Translations under genes and position numbers: made by a program
In this document: piece after piece, positions 37,473-48,500 of the stretch
Layout: each line of letters starts with the position of its first letter
How positions within the stretch are numbered: the first letter of the stretch is position 1
Assembly: GCA_964247055.1 (NCBI GenBank)
Contig: OZ176054.1
Location: 3,100,001 to 3,164,000 of the forward strand
From: Paragordius varius
Lineage: Eukaryota; Animalia; Nematomorpha
Reading direction: 5' to 3'
Length of the DNA stretch: 64,000 nt
The notes under the pieces: generated by a model
What the model was told of the DNA's origin: nothing
Database searches by the model: none
Seen by the model: the letters and a program-made list of their open reading frames with translations, nothing else

Positions 37473-37847
37473 ATATACCATTTACAGTTCAAATTCACCT
37501 TTGAATTCAAATTCACCCTCGAACAATTCAAAATCACCCTTGAACAATTCAAATTCACCTTTAAACAATTCAAATTCCCTTCCAAAAATAAATTATGTAT
37601 TTTCGAACTAATATAACTCATTATTAATATGAATATATGTTTATGTTATAGTTCATTATTTTTTCAGTATTATTTTAATTTAAAAAAGTATTTATTTTTT
37701 AAAATATATAAAAATATTGGTAATTTTTAATCTTAAAAAACATATATTTTATTTGAGGGTGAATTTAAATTGTTCGAGGGTAAATTTGATTTGTTCAAGG
37801 GTAAATTTGAATTGTTCAAGGGTGAATTTGAACTGTAAATGGTATAT
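37473..37847. mobile_element. Foldback/MITE-like element: inverted arms built of 21-bp tandem repeats
   Basis: Left arm ATATACCATTTACAGTTCAAATTCACC followed by ~5 units of TTGAACAATTCAAATTCACCC; right arm (~37750-37847) is the reverse complement; AT-rich core. Confidence 0.8.
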
Positions 37848-37935
37848 ATCTATAGTACATAAAATTATCACCAAAAAAATATTTTATTATAACATCAGTT
37901 AATCACATTTTCGTTAGTATCATATTTTTCCTGCA

Positions 37936-38403
37936 ATGGTTCAAAGATTGACTTTGCCCAGAAAGCATCCCTATAACACAAAATCAAATAGAAAGAAAAT
38001 GTAAGTGACATTATTTATTTTAGTGTAAAAACTCCTGGTGGAAAATTACGTTATCACTGTATTAAGAAGCCTGGATCTCTACCTAGTTGTGGAGATTGCA
38101 AAGAAAAATTAAAGGGGGTAATTTATGTATGTAAAATTTTAGATTACAGCGGCTAGACCTCGCGAATTGAAAAATTTGTCAAGGAGGCATAAGAGAGTTA
38201 CTAGGGCTTATGGTGGGAACTTATGTCCAAAATGTTTACGTTTAAGGTTGTTAAATATAAATATTTTTAGAATCATACGTGCATTTTTAATTGAAGAACA
38301 AAAAATTGTAGTTAAAGTTATGAAAGCAAGACAATTGGCTGAAAAACAAGAGCAAAAAGCGAAATCCCAAGCATTGAAATCCAAATCAAAGAAAAAGAAA
38401 TGA
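37936..38403 (+). CDS. RPL34: 60S ribosomal protein L34; exons 37936-38000, 38024-38117, 38143-38246, 38271-38403
   Basis: [18 protein letters not shown]...KTPGGKL...[11 protein letters not shown]...[14 protein letters not shown]...[16 protein letters not shown]; introns of 23, 25 and 24 nt. Confidence 0.97.
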
Positions 38404-40605
38404 TTTGTATATTTTTAGTATCAATTAAATAAATAATTTATATTATATAGGTATCTTATAACAACACATTAAAAATTATAATTTTGTACCAAAAAATATT
38501 TTGATTTAGTCTCAAAAACTTTATATTTTGTCGTATGTATATATTAGGGTAGTCATATCTATACCACAAATCTATAACAAAAACATAATCCCTAAAAAGA
38601 TAAATATTAAATACGAATCATATATATGCGCTACAATTAGATAAAAAAGGATAATACTCGTGGGCTATTTCATGAGGCCTTATCCGTATAAGGACATCAT
38701 TAGCCTAGAAAACACACGATTTGACATTTTAAATTAGGAATATGGAATAGTTTCATCAAATGTTGGTTGTATTTTAAAATGCATTTTGATCTAAAATATG
38801 GTGAAAATGCCAGTCGAGGTATTTTTCTAGATTTATGGTAACGATGTTACATCAGTGGCATTCAGGTTTCTTTTTATGGCTTGAAAGTTTTATTAATTTT
38901 TTTGATATACCAATTTAGTACATAACTATAATATGAGCAAACAGTGAAATATTTAATGGTTATTAAGACAGAAATTTTTTTTCGGCCCTTTAAATCAGTT
39001 ACACTCATATTTTGTAGGGCCGCATAAAATTTCTTATTTCACGGGCCGTGTTATAACACTGACTTAATATTTTATTGCTATTTTACTCTTTTACAGATAT
39101 TTATATTCCAAATAAGAATATCAAAAATTAATAATTCCAGGGACATAAAAAGGCACTTTTGGGCAGCATATGGCCCCTGGGCCTCGGCTTGAATATCATT
39201 GCATTAGAGTGTATTCAATACAATATTATTTAAATCTGTCTATATTTAGTTTTGAATTCTTATCCTTATTCCGCCCGATCTCGCTGGTTTAAAAAATTTA
39301 TAAATATTTTATACTTACTAATTTATACATGGGCGTGATTTACAAAAATTAAAATTATAGTTTACACACGACAACATAATCCATTAAATACTCGTTTTTA
39401 CAAACAAAACAAGGCTTTACCCAATATTAAAATGTATAAATGTTCTAATTTCGATTAAAGATTGTAAATAATGATAATCGATTTAGGTTGACTTAACTCA
39501 AGAAATTTTATTAAAAACTTGTATGTTCAGCTAAAGATTGTTAATGTGCTAAATATAATATAGGGCAAATAACATTGAATTTTTCATTAAAATAATTACA
39601 AGCTTCCGATAGCTGGAGAAACAACGAATGTTGAATATTTTCCAAAAACTACTTCTCGGCAAATTTTTAATTCATTTTATACATAGTATTTTCATAATTT
39701 ATGGTTTCAATACAACATAACAGTAATTATATTGGTATAAAAGATTATCGATTGCAATTTTTTTAACACATTAAGATCTTTTTGGCTATATTTATATCCC
39801 AGAGCCATGATTTCAATATATTTGAAAGTATTGGGGTGAATTTATAATATGCTTCCTTTAGCTTTTTAGGCGCATTCTTCATAAAATCCTTCTATATAAT
39901 AAATCTTAATCTCAAACCTTTCGCCATTTTTATTTAAATCGCTATTACATAAGGCATATTTTTATTAGAACAAGATGTAATAAATTAATTTAGTAAGGTT
40001 GATTACATTTTACCAGCGAAAATATTGATTTTATCATCAGCTGTTTTTTTCCGTGTTTTAAATCCCGATTTCGGACTCTAGATGTTACATTACTGTAAAA
40101 AAATAACCTTTTTTTACGAATACAGGAAAACAATGTTTAATAATTAAATTTAAACCAAAATAACTTTCAAAACAGTAGTTCATCTAAAAGATTGAGCTCT
40201 GGTATAAAAAACTTCCTCAATATGTTATCGCGGACAAAAAAATGAAAACAAAAAACGTTATATTGCTCTTTAAAAAGGATTTTGCGGGCCGAATACAATA
40301 TTATAATGCATTAAGGGCTGTACTTTGTTAGATTATGATGCAAATATATATGCCCCCAATTTTTGCGGTTTACACATAAATCTCAACTAAAATGCCTCTT
40401 CCGCTATTTAGTTAAAAAAAAATTTTTAATGCTAACATATAAAATAGAAGTATTTGATATTAATCAACAACTTAAAAATTGGATTAATTTGATAACAGGT
40501 CGATCTAAATTTGTCATTTTTTAATATGGCGCCTTGTATGTGTAGATTAATGGGAATCACTAAGGATATCTTAGCATAACCTGACCAGATATTTTGAACT
40601 TGGAC

Positions 40606-42050
40606 GCAGTACAAAATTAAAACATAGTTTGCCTGTTTTTGGCACCATCGTGTGGTATAATACACAGTTTCCACAAAACATCCTGATTAAATATATATAT
40701 ATTCTGATAGAAAATATCAGGATTATCATGGTGATTTTTGTTTTAACCTTTACGTATTAGAGAAAGTTATTTACAATTTTGTGGTAGGTGCTCCGTTTAA
40801 AATTGCAAAAGGTGCGCAATTCTTTCAAATATTTTTTGGTGGTGAAAGCTAAATGCTTTTTAAAAAATTTTAATTTTTACATGTGGGCTCGGACTGTTCT
40901 CTTAAAATAAACATAAAAATTCCGACATTGTCCAATAATTTTAAATATATACTAAATTTTGATATCAACTAAATATATTTTTTAAAAAATCACACTTTCA
41001 AATTTTTTAGCAAAATTTTGTAAAGCGTATTATTATTTTGACCATGATGGAAACGATATAAACGGTTGAGATGTTATAAAATTTTATGTATAAAATTCGA
41101 TAATGCTAATTATCAATCAAAATTTTGACCGAAATATTAGTTCGTTTTCAAATATATGTTAAATAAAAATTGTGTTTTTTTACAAAAAACTACCTAAATT
41201 TGCAAGCAAACAAACCTTTAAATTAAAATTCTGAACCTATAGTAATGTTCAACATCATCGAATTATTTAGAAAAAGGGATTTATTATATCTTAAAGCGTT
41301 AAACCCGCTTCTGACCCTTCAAAATCGTTAAAAGTACGCTTCAACAAAATATCTGAAATTTGTTTATGCAAAAAATAAGAAAACTAATAAAAATTAAAGT
41401 TTAGGAAAAAAATTAAGTAATATCATACCTCCCACCTAATGAAAATACAAAATGTAAAAACTCTTAATATTCGAAAAGGTTATTTCGAAATCATACGCCA
41501 TAAATAATAAATTTTATATAATATGTTACGGGAATAACAATTTTCTATATAATTTTCCGTTTGATAATAATTATAACAAAAAATTAACTTTCTAAACTTG
41601 ATCAAACATTTATTAAAATATTATATAATAATTTTGTTACTTTGAAATTTTGAGCCACCTCTTTTTGCGGAAGCCCTGAGTGAAAGATTAGCCATTAGCC
41701 AAATCTTATGGTGTGGAGTTCGAGATTTATAGTTTCGCCACTGCGCGAAAGGCTGCAATCCTAAGTTTTATGCATAATTCAAGCAGAAAATAAAATATCA
41801 ACCAATTTAAATAGGCCAATCCTAGTTTTTTTACAGCAAAATGAACCAATTCTCTACAAATTATGGGGTTAATTTTACTCAGGGCTATATTAATTCTATA
41901 ATTTTTTTAAATAAATAAAAGGTAATTAATATATATTTATAAAGAATTTTTTAATTTCATAAAGCAGTACAAAAGTAGGCGCAGTACGGGCGCAGTTTTT
42001 TTCTGAAAACCCAGTACTGTGCTGCGAAAAACAGCCTATCTGGTCACATT
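40606..42050. repeat. Unclassified dispersed repeat (copy 1)
   Basis: Shares with 58087-58670 the blocks CGCAGTACAAAATTAAAACATA, TTTGCGGAA.CCCTGAGT, CGCCACTGCGCGA and AAAGCAGTACAAAAGT...GAAAACCCAGTACTGT.CTGCGAAAA; boundaries approximate. Confidence 0.6.
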
Positions 42051-42437
42051 ATCTTAGCATTTATTTTATTTTGGCATATTTTGCCAAATTCAGTGCTAAG
42101 ACGCATATCAAAAGCTATTGCCCATTAAAAAAGCGGATTCTTAGCAAATACGATTTTCCAATGGGAAAATTAATCACCAAAAAATGTTAAAATAAAATCC
42201 TATTTCCAATACAAATCAATGAAATGAATCAAAACTACGAGTTATCTGAAATTGATAATATTCCAATAAATTTAATAATTCAGTGCCATAGTACTTTTAA
42301 GTCCGCATGAGTTATAAGAAAAGATTCATGTTGTGCTATTTCGGATACCGTTCCTATTGACATTAATATTTATTTTTAATTAACGTAGATGTTCCGTTCA
42401 GAGGCCATGCTTATTGCAAATCGAAAGCTATCTAAAA

Positions 42438-44856
42438 CAGTGATACTCAAACCGCGGCCCGCGGGCCGCATGCGTCCCTAAGTGTGCTTTAAAAATGCAG
42501 TATGAGACTGATATTTAATTTTTTTACCCAATTTGAAATGTAGAATTTCCCTACATTAAAATGATTTTAAAATTTATGATTTATGGGCACACGTTGTTTC
42601 TTTTTCTTTTCTTTTTGAAATTTTTATTGCATTTCTTTTTTTGTTTTCACCCATTGCACATACATTTCATTTATCCTGCATCATTTTTAAAACTCATTCC
42701 CATAAAATATTTTCAACTCAATATCATTAAATTTCGACCTATTTTTTATAGCATATTTCAATTTATATTCCTATTTTTTTACATAATATTTAAACATAAA
42801 TTCAAAGGATGACATCTAATGCCAAAAAACGTAAATTATCCGATGAAAATCGCTCCTTTAAAAAAGAATGGGAAATTTTTGTCCTTTTAACAATGTTGCT
42901 ACCTGCCTTATATGCAAGGACAACATAATTATAAAAAAATACAATATTGAAAGACATTAAAATCCATCATTCTCATAAATTACCAGAAAATCTTGAGGAA
43001 AGAAATGAAAAATATAAAAAATTTTAAGGAATTATACGAGAAAGAAAATATTATGGCCATAGCTTTTTCCCAGGAAAAAGCTGTAACATTAGCTTCGTGT
43101 GAAATTTGCTATATTTTAGGAAAAAATATGAAACCGTTAACTGATTCCCAACTAATAAAAGAATGTTTAATAAATAATTGCACTTTTTTATTTGATAAAT
43201 TCCATAATAAAGATCAAATCATGAGGCAAATTAAAAAACTTCAACTTTCTGATTCAACATGTGCTCGACGCATTGAAGATATGTCTAAATATATTTTTAA
43301 TAATATATTATTGGCTCTAAAAAATTGCAAATACTTCAGTATTGCAATCGATTCTAGCACTGATATAAGTTCAACACCTCAATGTGCGCTCTTCGTGAGA
43401 TTTTGCAACGACAACATAATCAACGAGGAATATTTGAAATTTTTACCAATGAATAATACCACAAAAGGCAGTGATTTTCTTGAAGTAATTAGCACCTTTT
43501 TCGATAATAATGGTATATCTATGAAAAAATTGGTTTCGATTTGCACAGATGGCTGTCCCTCTATGATTGGAATAAACAAAGGGTTTATTCCTCTTTTAAA
43601 AAACAAATATAATTTGCAAAATCTATTATCCTTTCACTGCTTTATTCATCAGCAAAACTTGGTTTCGCGTGTAAAAGATGAATCACTAAATTTAGTAATT
43701 AAAACGGTTGTGGATATAGTTAACTACATCCGTGGCAGAGAATTCAATCACCGTAAATTCAAAAACCTTCTGAAAGATATCCACAGTGAGTTTGATGATA
43801 TTCTTTTGTACACCGCTGTGAGATGGCTAAGCCTTAGCAAAGTATTGAATAGATTTTTTGAATTAAGTAATGAAATTCTATTATTTATAAAAGATAACAG
43901 AAAGTTTGACGAGGAAATTAATAGTGACAAATGGTGGGTTTTATTAGCCTACCTTTGCGACAATACTTATAAACTTAGTACTTTTAATACAAGTCTTCAA
44001 GGGAGCAAAATAATAACCCAATTTGCTAATCATATATTTGCTTTTGAAGAAAAATTAATAATATATAAACAAGATTTTATAAATAAAACACTCCTACATT
44101 TTCCATCACTTAAAACGATTCATATAGAAAATATGGAATTTACTGCAGATATTAATTTAATAATAGACAATCATTTAACATTTTTATCTAATGAGATGTA
44201 ATTCAGATTTCAAGAATTAAAAAATATAAAAAATTGCTTAAAACTAGTGGAAAATCCATGGCATATGGATATATCCAACATTAAGCAACTTGAGCTTTTC
44301 GGTTTTGATCAGGCGGTTATCATTGAAGAATTCGTTGATTTTAAAAATGATTCCAATTTGGAAGCTATATTTAAGGAAAACCGTAGAGAAGAAAGATATG
44401 TAGAGTTTTGGCAAGTTGTGCCAAATAAATATGAATATAAAAAATGTGCTCAAGTTATCTTAACTATTTTTCCATCAACTTACACGTGTGAGACGGCATA
44501 TTCAAAAATGAAGTATATCAAGAATACTTACAGAAATCGCTTAACTAATGATCATATGGACGACGTATTAAGAATGGCCTGCCATGAGGCGAAACCAAAT
44601 TTGTCAAAAATTATTGGTTAATATTAAAATAAATGTTGTTATCAATATATTTTAATTTTTAAAACTAAATGGTGCAAAACGAATTTTTAGCTGGATTTAC
44701 ATGCGACTCGCAAAAAATTTATTGTGTTGATTTAGAGTATAAATATGTGCGTATGTGTCAAATAGCTATGGAATATTTGCCATTATAAGGTTCATGGCCC
44801 TCGAAAAAATAATATGTTTTATTTGGCCCGTCAAATTTTTTTGGTGAGTACCACTG
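42438..44856 (+). mobile_element. Full-length hAT family A (Buster/GTF2IRD2/EPM2AIP1-like), 2419 bp
   Basis: TIRs CAGTGATACTCA / TGAGTACCACTG; TSD ATCTAAAA (42430-42437, 44857-44864). Confidence 0.95.
42809..44621 (+). pseudogene. hAT transposase, inactivated (5' frameshift/stop near 42880-42960, nonsense TAA at 44199-44201)
   Basis: MTSNAKKRKLSDENRSFKKEW start; AIDSSTD, CTDG, HCFIH, VRWLS and ETAYS motifs; ORFs 42993 and 44247 are in one frame separated by a single stop where the other copy has AAA. Confidence 0.9.
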
Positions 44857-45240
44857 ATCTAAAATATGCTAATCTTTAATAACCTGTTATCGCCTATCTC
44901 CTCATAAATGTCGCATATAAATAAATCTTTAGAATTTAGGTGAAAAAATTAAGTATTTACATTGCAGAGATCTGTAAAAAAATTTATTGTTATGGTTACA
45001 TAAGTGATAAGATATTAAATATGGTACATGGATATTTTAGGTATTCGATTTCCTAAAAATATCACCTATCCGATTGCAACTCAAACTGACTGATAGAAGC
45101 ATGATAAACAGTATCTAAGAATTTAAATATATTTGAAATAAACTTGGCTAAAAACCTATCCATCTTTAAACTCTAAAAGATTTTTGAGTTGTGTCGTGTT
45201 TGTTATTAACCTGGTAAATGAGATATATAATGCAATACTG

Positions 45241-45507
45241 TTATTTAGTGCATTTTAGGTTTTCAAATTTTTGGATTTCCCCGTCACACAGTTGAATTTC
45301 CTTTTTCAGTTTCTTCTGACAATATTCTTGAGGTAGTTTGATGAATACATTGGCAACATTAAACCAAATGTGAGACGGATATGTGAGTCTTGGTATTAAC
45401 GAGTAAGTTTACTTCAAAGCAGCTTTCGCAATTTCACGCTTGTTATGTAAATCAAAAACAACGTTATTAGGGATAGCATCTTTCATATTATTAATTTGCG
45501 TATACAT
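45241..45507 (-). CDS. PDRG1-like prefoldin-beta subunit (PAQosome), 80 aa; exons 45507-45413 and 45388-45241
   Basis: 24-nt GT-AG intron (45412-45389) removes an in-frame stop. Protein VVFDLHNKREIAKAALK...WFNVANVFIKLP...LKKEIQLCDGEIQKF resembles recalled human PDRG1 IVDLDTKR...FGNMFIKMP...LDKEIEKL. Absent from the ORF track. Confidence 0.6.
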
Positions 45508-45594
45508 ATTTCCCCTGAAAAATGAATACGCAGTTTAATAATAATGAGAAAAATCGAACATAGTCACGTGATTGCGCGATATAAACATACATTC
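45508..45594. promoter_or_regulatory. Putative bidirectional promoter (PDRG1-like / DUF3715 gene) with palindromic TCACGTGA E-box
   Basis: 87 bp between divergent ATGs; TCACGTGA at 45564-45571 followed by TTGCGCGAT. Confidence 0.5.
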
Positions 45595-48500
45595 ATGATG
45601 AAAATTAATTATACGATACCGAAAAAAGAAAATATTGGTAAATATAACTTATTATAAACAAGGTTGTACTTTAGCAATCAATGAAACAAGCTACGAATAC
45701 AAAGAAATTCTCAATATAATTACGAAGCTATGTTTTATTGATAAAAATCCATTGGCCAATCTTAAATTACACCAGGTAAAATGTGTATAACGTTTCAAAG
45801 GCGATGCTTATAACAAATAAAAAATTGGAAAGTAATTACAACGAAAAAAAGATAGCTATGAAAAGGGACGGAAATGTTTTAGAAACATACGCCTTTTTAT
45901 TCTGTACGCAGTCACAAGCAGAAACTATAGCTAAAGATGGAATGAAGTGTTGCAACATCGGCAAATCTATTTTAGGTGACAATATTAAAGGTGTACATTT
46001 GTATCGTTTTTTGGACATATGTACGCTCGATGCAATCACAGATAATTGGTTTAATAAAGTTTGGAGTTATGGCGATAAAATCTCTGACATCAAATATGGT
46101 GCATTAGTCATTTTTAAAGTTTAGTATAAACGTAATCGTAGGTTTTATTAGGTAAATTATTCCCGGTTAATGTCAATGAGCAGTTAAATAATATTGAGCC
46201 TTCACCATTACATGATGCCCATGTTACAGATAGCAAACCAAATATTAAAGATAAAGGTTTTGTTAAACGCAATAAGTCATTGGTAATATCTTTTTTAATG
46301 TTTAGATATATTTTTACGAATACGATTTGGTAACTATGACCACAAAAGATTATCCTCGCCAAATCCTACCTTATGCATATCTCAATTTTATTAAACCTGC
46401 CCCACCTTCCTATAAGACAAAAGAGGAATCCATATACAATCAAACTATTAAGAAACCAGTTATGGCACCTATTCATAAAAAAGAGACGACGTTACAAAAG
46501 ATACCCGATGCAGAAATCATTTCGAGCAGCGAAAAAGAAATTAAAACTATTGAATCTCCCACAGAAAATGACGATGATATTAATCCTGATACCGATTATC
46601 GTTTTTATGATAAAACCTCATCTACTAATGAACCTGAATCCTTTATTAAGCAAGAAACATGGAGTGTAAACCACATGAATGGCTATCCAGACAATGAAAT
46701 GATTGATAGGTAGTGTAATATATTATTTAATTTCCATACAAATCGGTGTTTTTGCAAATAAGTATAGATAAGACATAAAATTATTTAATGAATTATTAAT
46801 ACAAGAAAGTTAAAACTCCGATTTGGCTGTCATATATCTATTTTTTTAAATGGATGCATGATATATATTTATAATTAAGCGCAAAAAATATTTTAATATG
46901 TTATTAAGCTAAACGGTATTTGTATACTCATCGATTTTATAATCCAAATATAATTAAATACACAATCTTTCAATTTTGGCTAAATATGAAAAAAATTAGT
47001 TACCGTCAACATTATAAATATTCATTAATATGTTCATCTCTGTAATTTAGGTGTTTCAATGAAAATTATTAAAAGAACATCATAAGTTTTAAAAATAAAT
47101 AGAATGGAATTTGACATTTTTTAAATCATCTATTTCATTATTTAAGGAAATTAATAGATTAATAATACTAAAAATATATTTTCTGGACAACAAATTTTTC
47201 TGCCACTCGAGTTTTTTGCATTTTCTGATATTTAGTATCATGTTAACAGTAAATCTAAAATAAAATTTATAACTCCACGCAAGAATTTTTTATAATTTGA
47301 TGAATTTGATTATGCGCCCTCAAAATTTTACTAAATTTTTTTTGAAAATATACAAGTAATGCCCATATGTAATATATCACGAAAGAGTAATAAAAACTCT
47401 ATAAAATGCATACTAGTATGTATTACATCGACAGTTAATATTGGACACAGAGAGCGACAAACGCGCGAAGCGAGAACATTTTTCTAAATATATTTTTAAA
47501 ACTAATGGATGAGAATAGCTTAAACTTTGTCTAGATGGTGATGAATGTCAAAATAACACAAGAAAGTTTTTTGATTAAAACATTTTTTTATTGCTTTTAT
47601 GTCACTCAAAACAGCCATTTTTAAGTTTTTTGTTTTTTAAGAATTACCATCTCATCAATATTAATTTAATTTCTTTACGAGGCTGATAATTTCGAAATTT
47701 TAAAGATAAAAACAAAGTTTAAGGTATTTTTGTTCTTTTATAGCCATTATGTAATAAAATTACAGTTATGACTATACATTTTTTATCCACTAGGTAATAT
47801 ATATGATAATAATAATTTTTATTAAAAAAGCAAACCAAAAGCTTTTTCAAACATTTTTCTTAAATTTAATACTAATATAGCCTTAATAATAATATTAAAA
47901 TAATTTATATGATTTTCAAATTAGTTTGTCTGTGAAAATTTATTTATTTAAGGATTGAAGATTTCGACCATATAAATCCAAAAAACTTTTACATCCGATT
48001 GATTTAAATGATTTACTACCTTTTTTGCGCTCTCTCGAATAATATAAAATGCATAGCTTCATAAACTTTTAATTTTCTGAATTTCGAGTTTAATGTTAAA
48101 TCGGGACCAAAAATTATCGATAAACTCCAATATAAAAAATTCTTGGGTGTTAGACCAATTTTCTTTTCAGATATAGTATTTATGTACTTTAATGAAATAA
48201 TTTTTAAATTTACAAGAATGGCAGTTGAAAAGTCAAAATTTGTGGTCTAGTGTTATTTGATTAAATTAATAGATTAATAATACTAAAAATATATTTTATT
48301 TTAAATTATTATATGGTCATATTGCTTAACAAGAAAACAGGTATGATTTTACGAGCTTTTGTTTTTAACTGTTATATATAAAGAATAATTATACACATAT
48401 TATTCATCTTTCTTTCTCCCGTTCTAGGCAACAAACTGAGGTACGTATGAATTACATCAACCAAGTTTTTCAACGCTTTATGTGTGATTTACGGATGGAA

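Noticed and set aside
37484-37840. 21-bp repeats as a CRISPR array
   Set aside because: Units are contiguous with no unique spacers, are arranged as inverted arms, and the context is eukaryotic with no cas genes.
38942-39203. hAT-like ends (GGCCC-rich, CACTG / ATATCATTG)
   Set aside because: Probably decayed MITE ends, but no matching TIR pair or TSD could be fixed.
39600-40330. Possible CR1/L2-like RT remnant on the minus strand (ADDK...; PILSNILKSW...KKDLNVLKKLQ)
   Set aside because: Motifs too degenerate to support without an HMM search.
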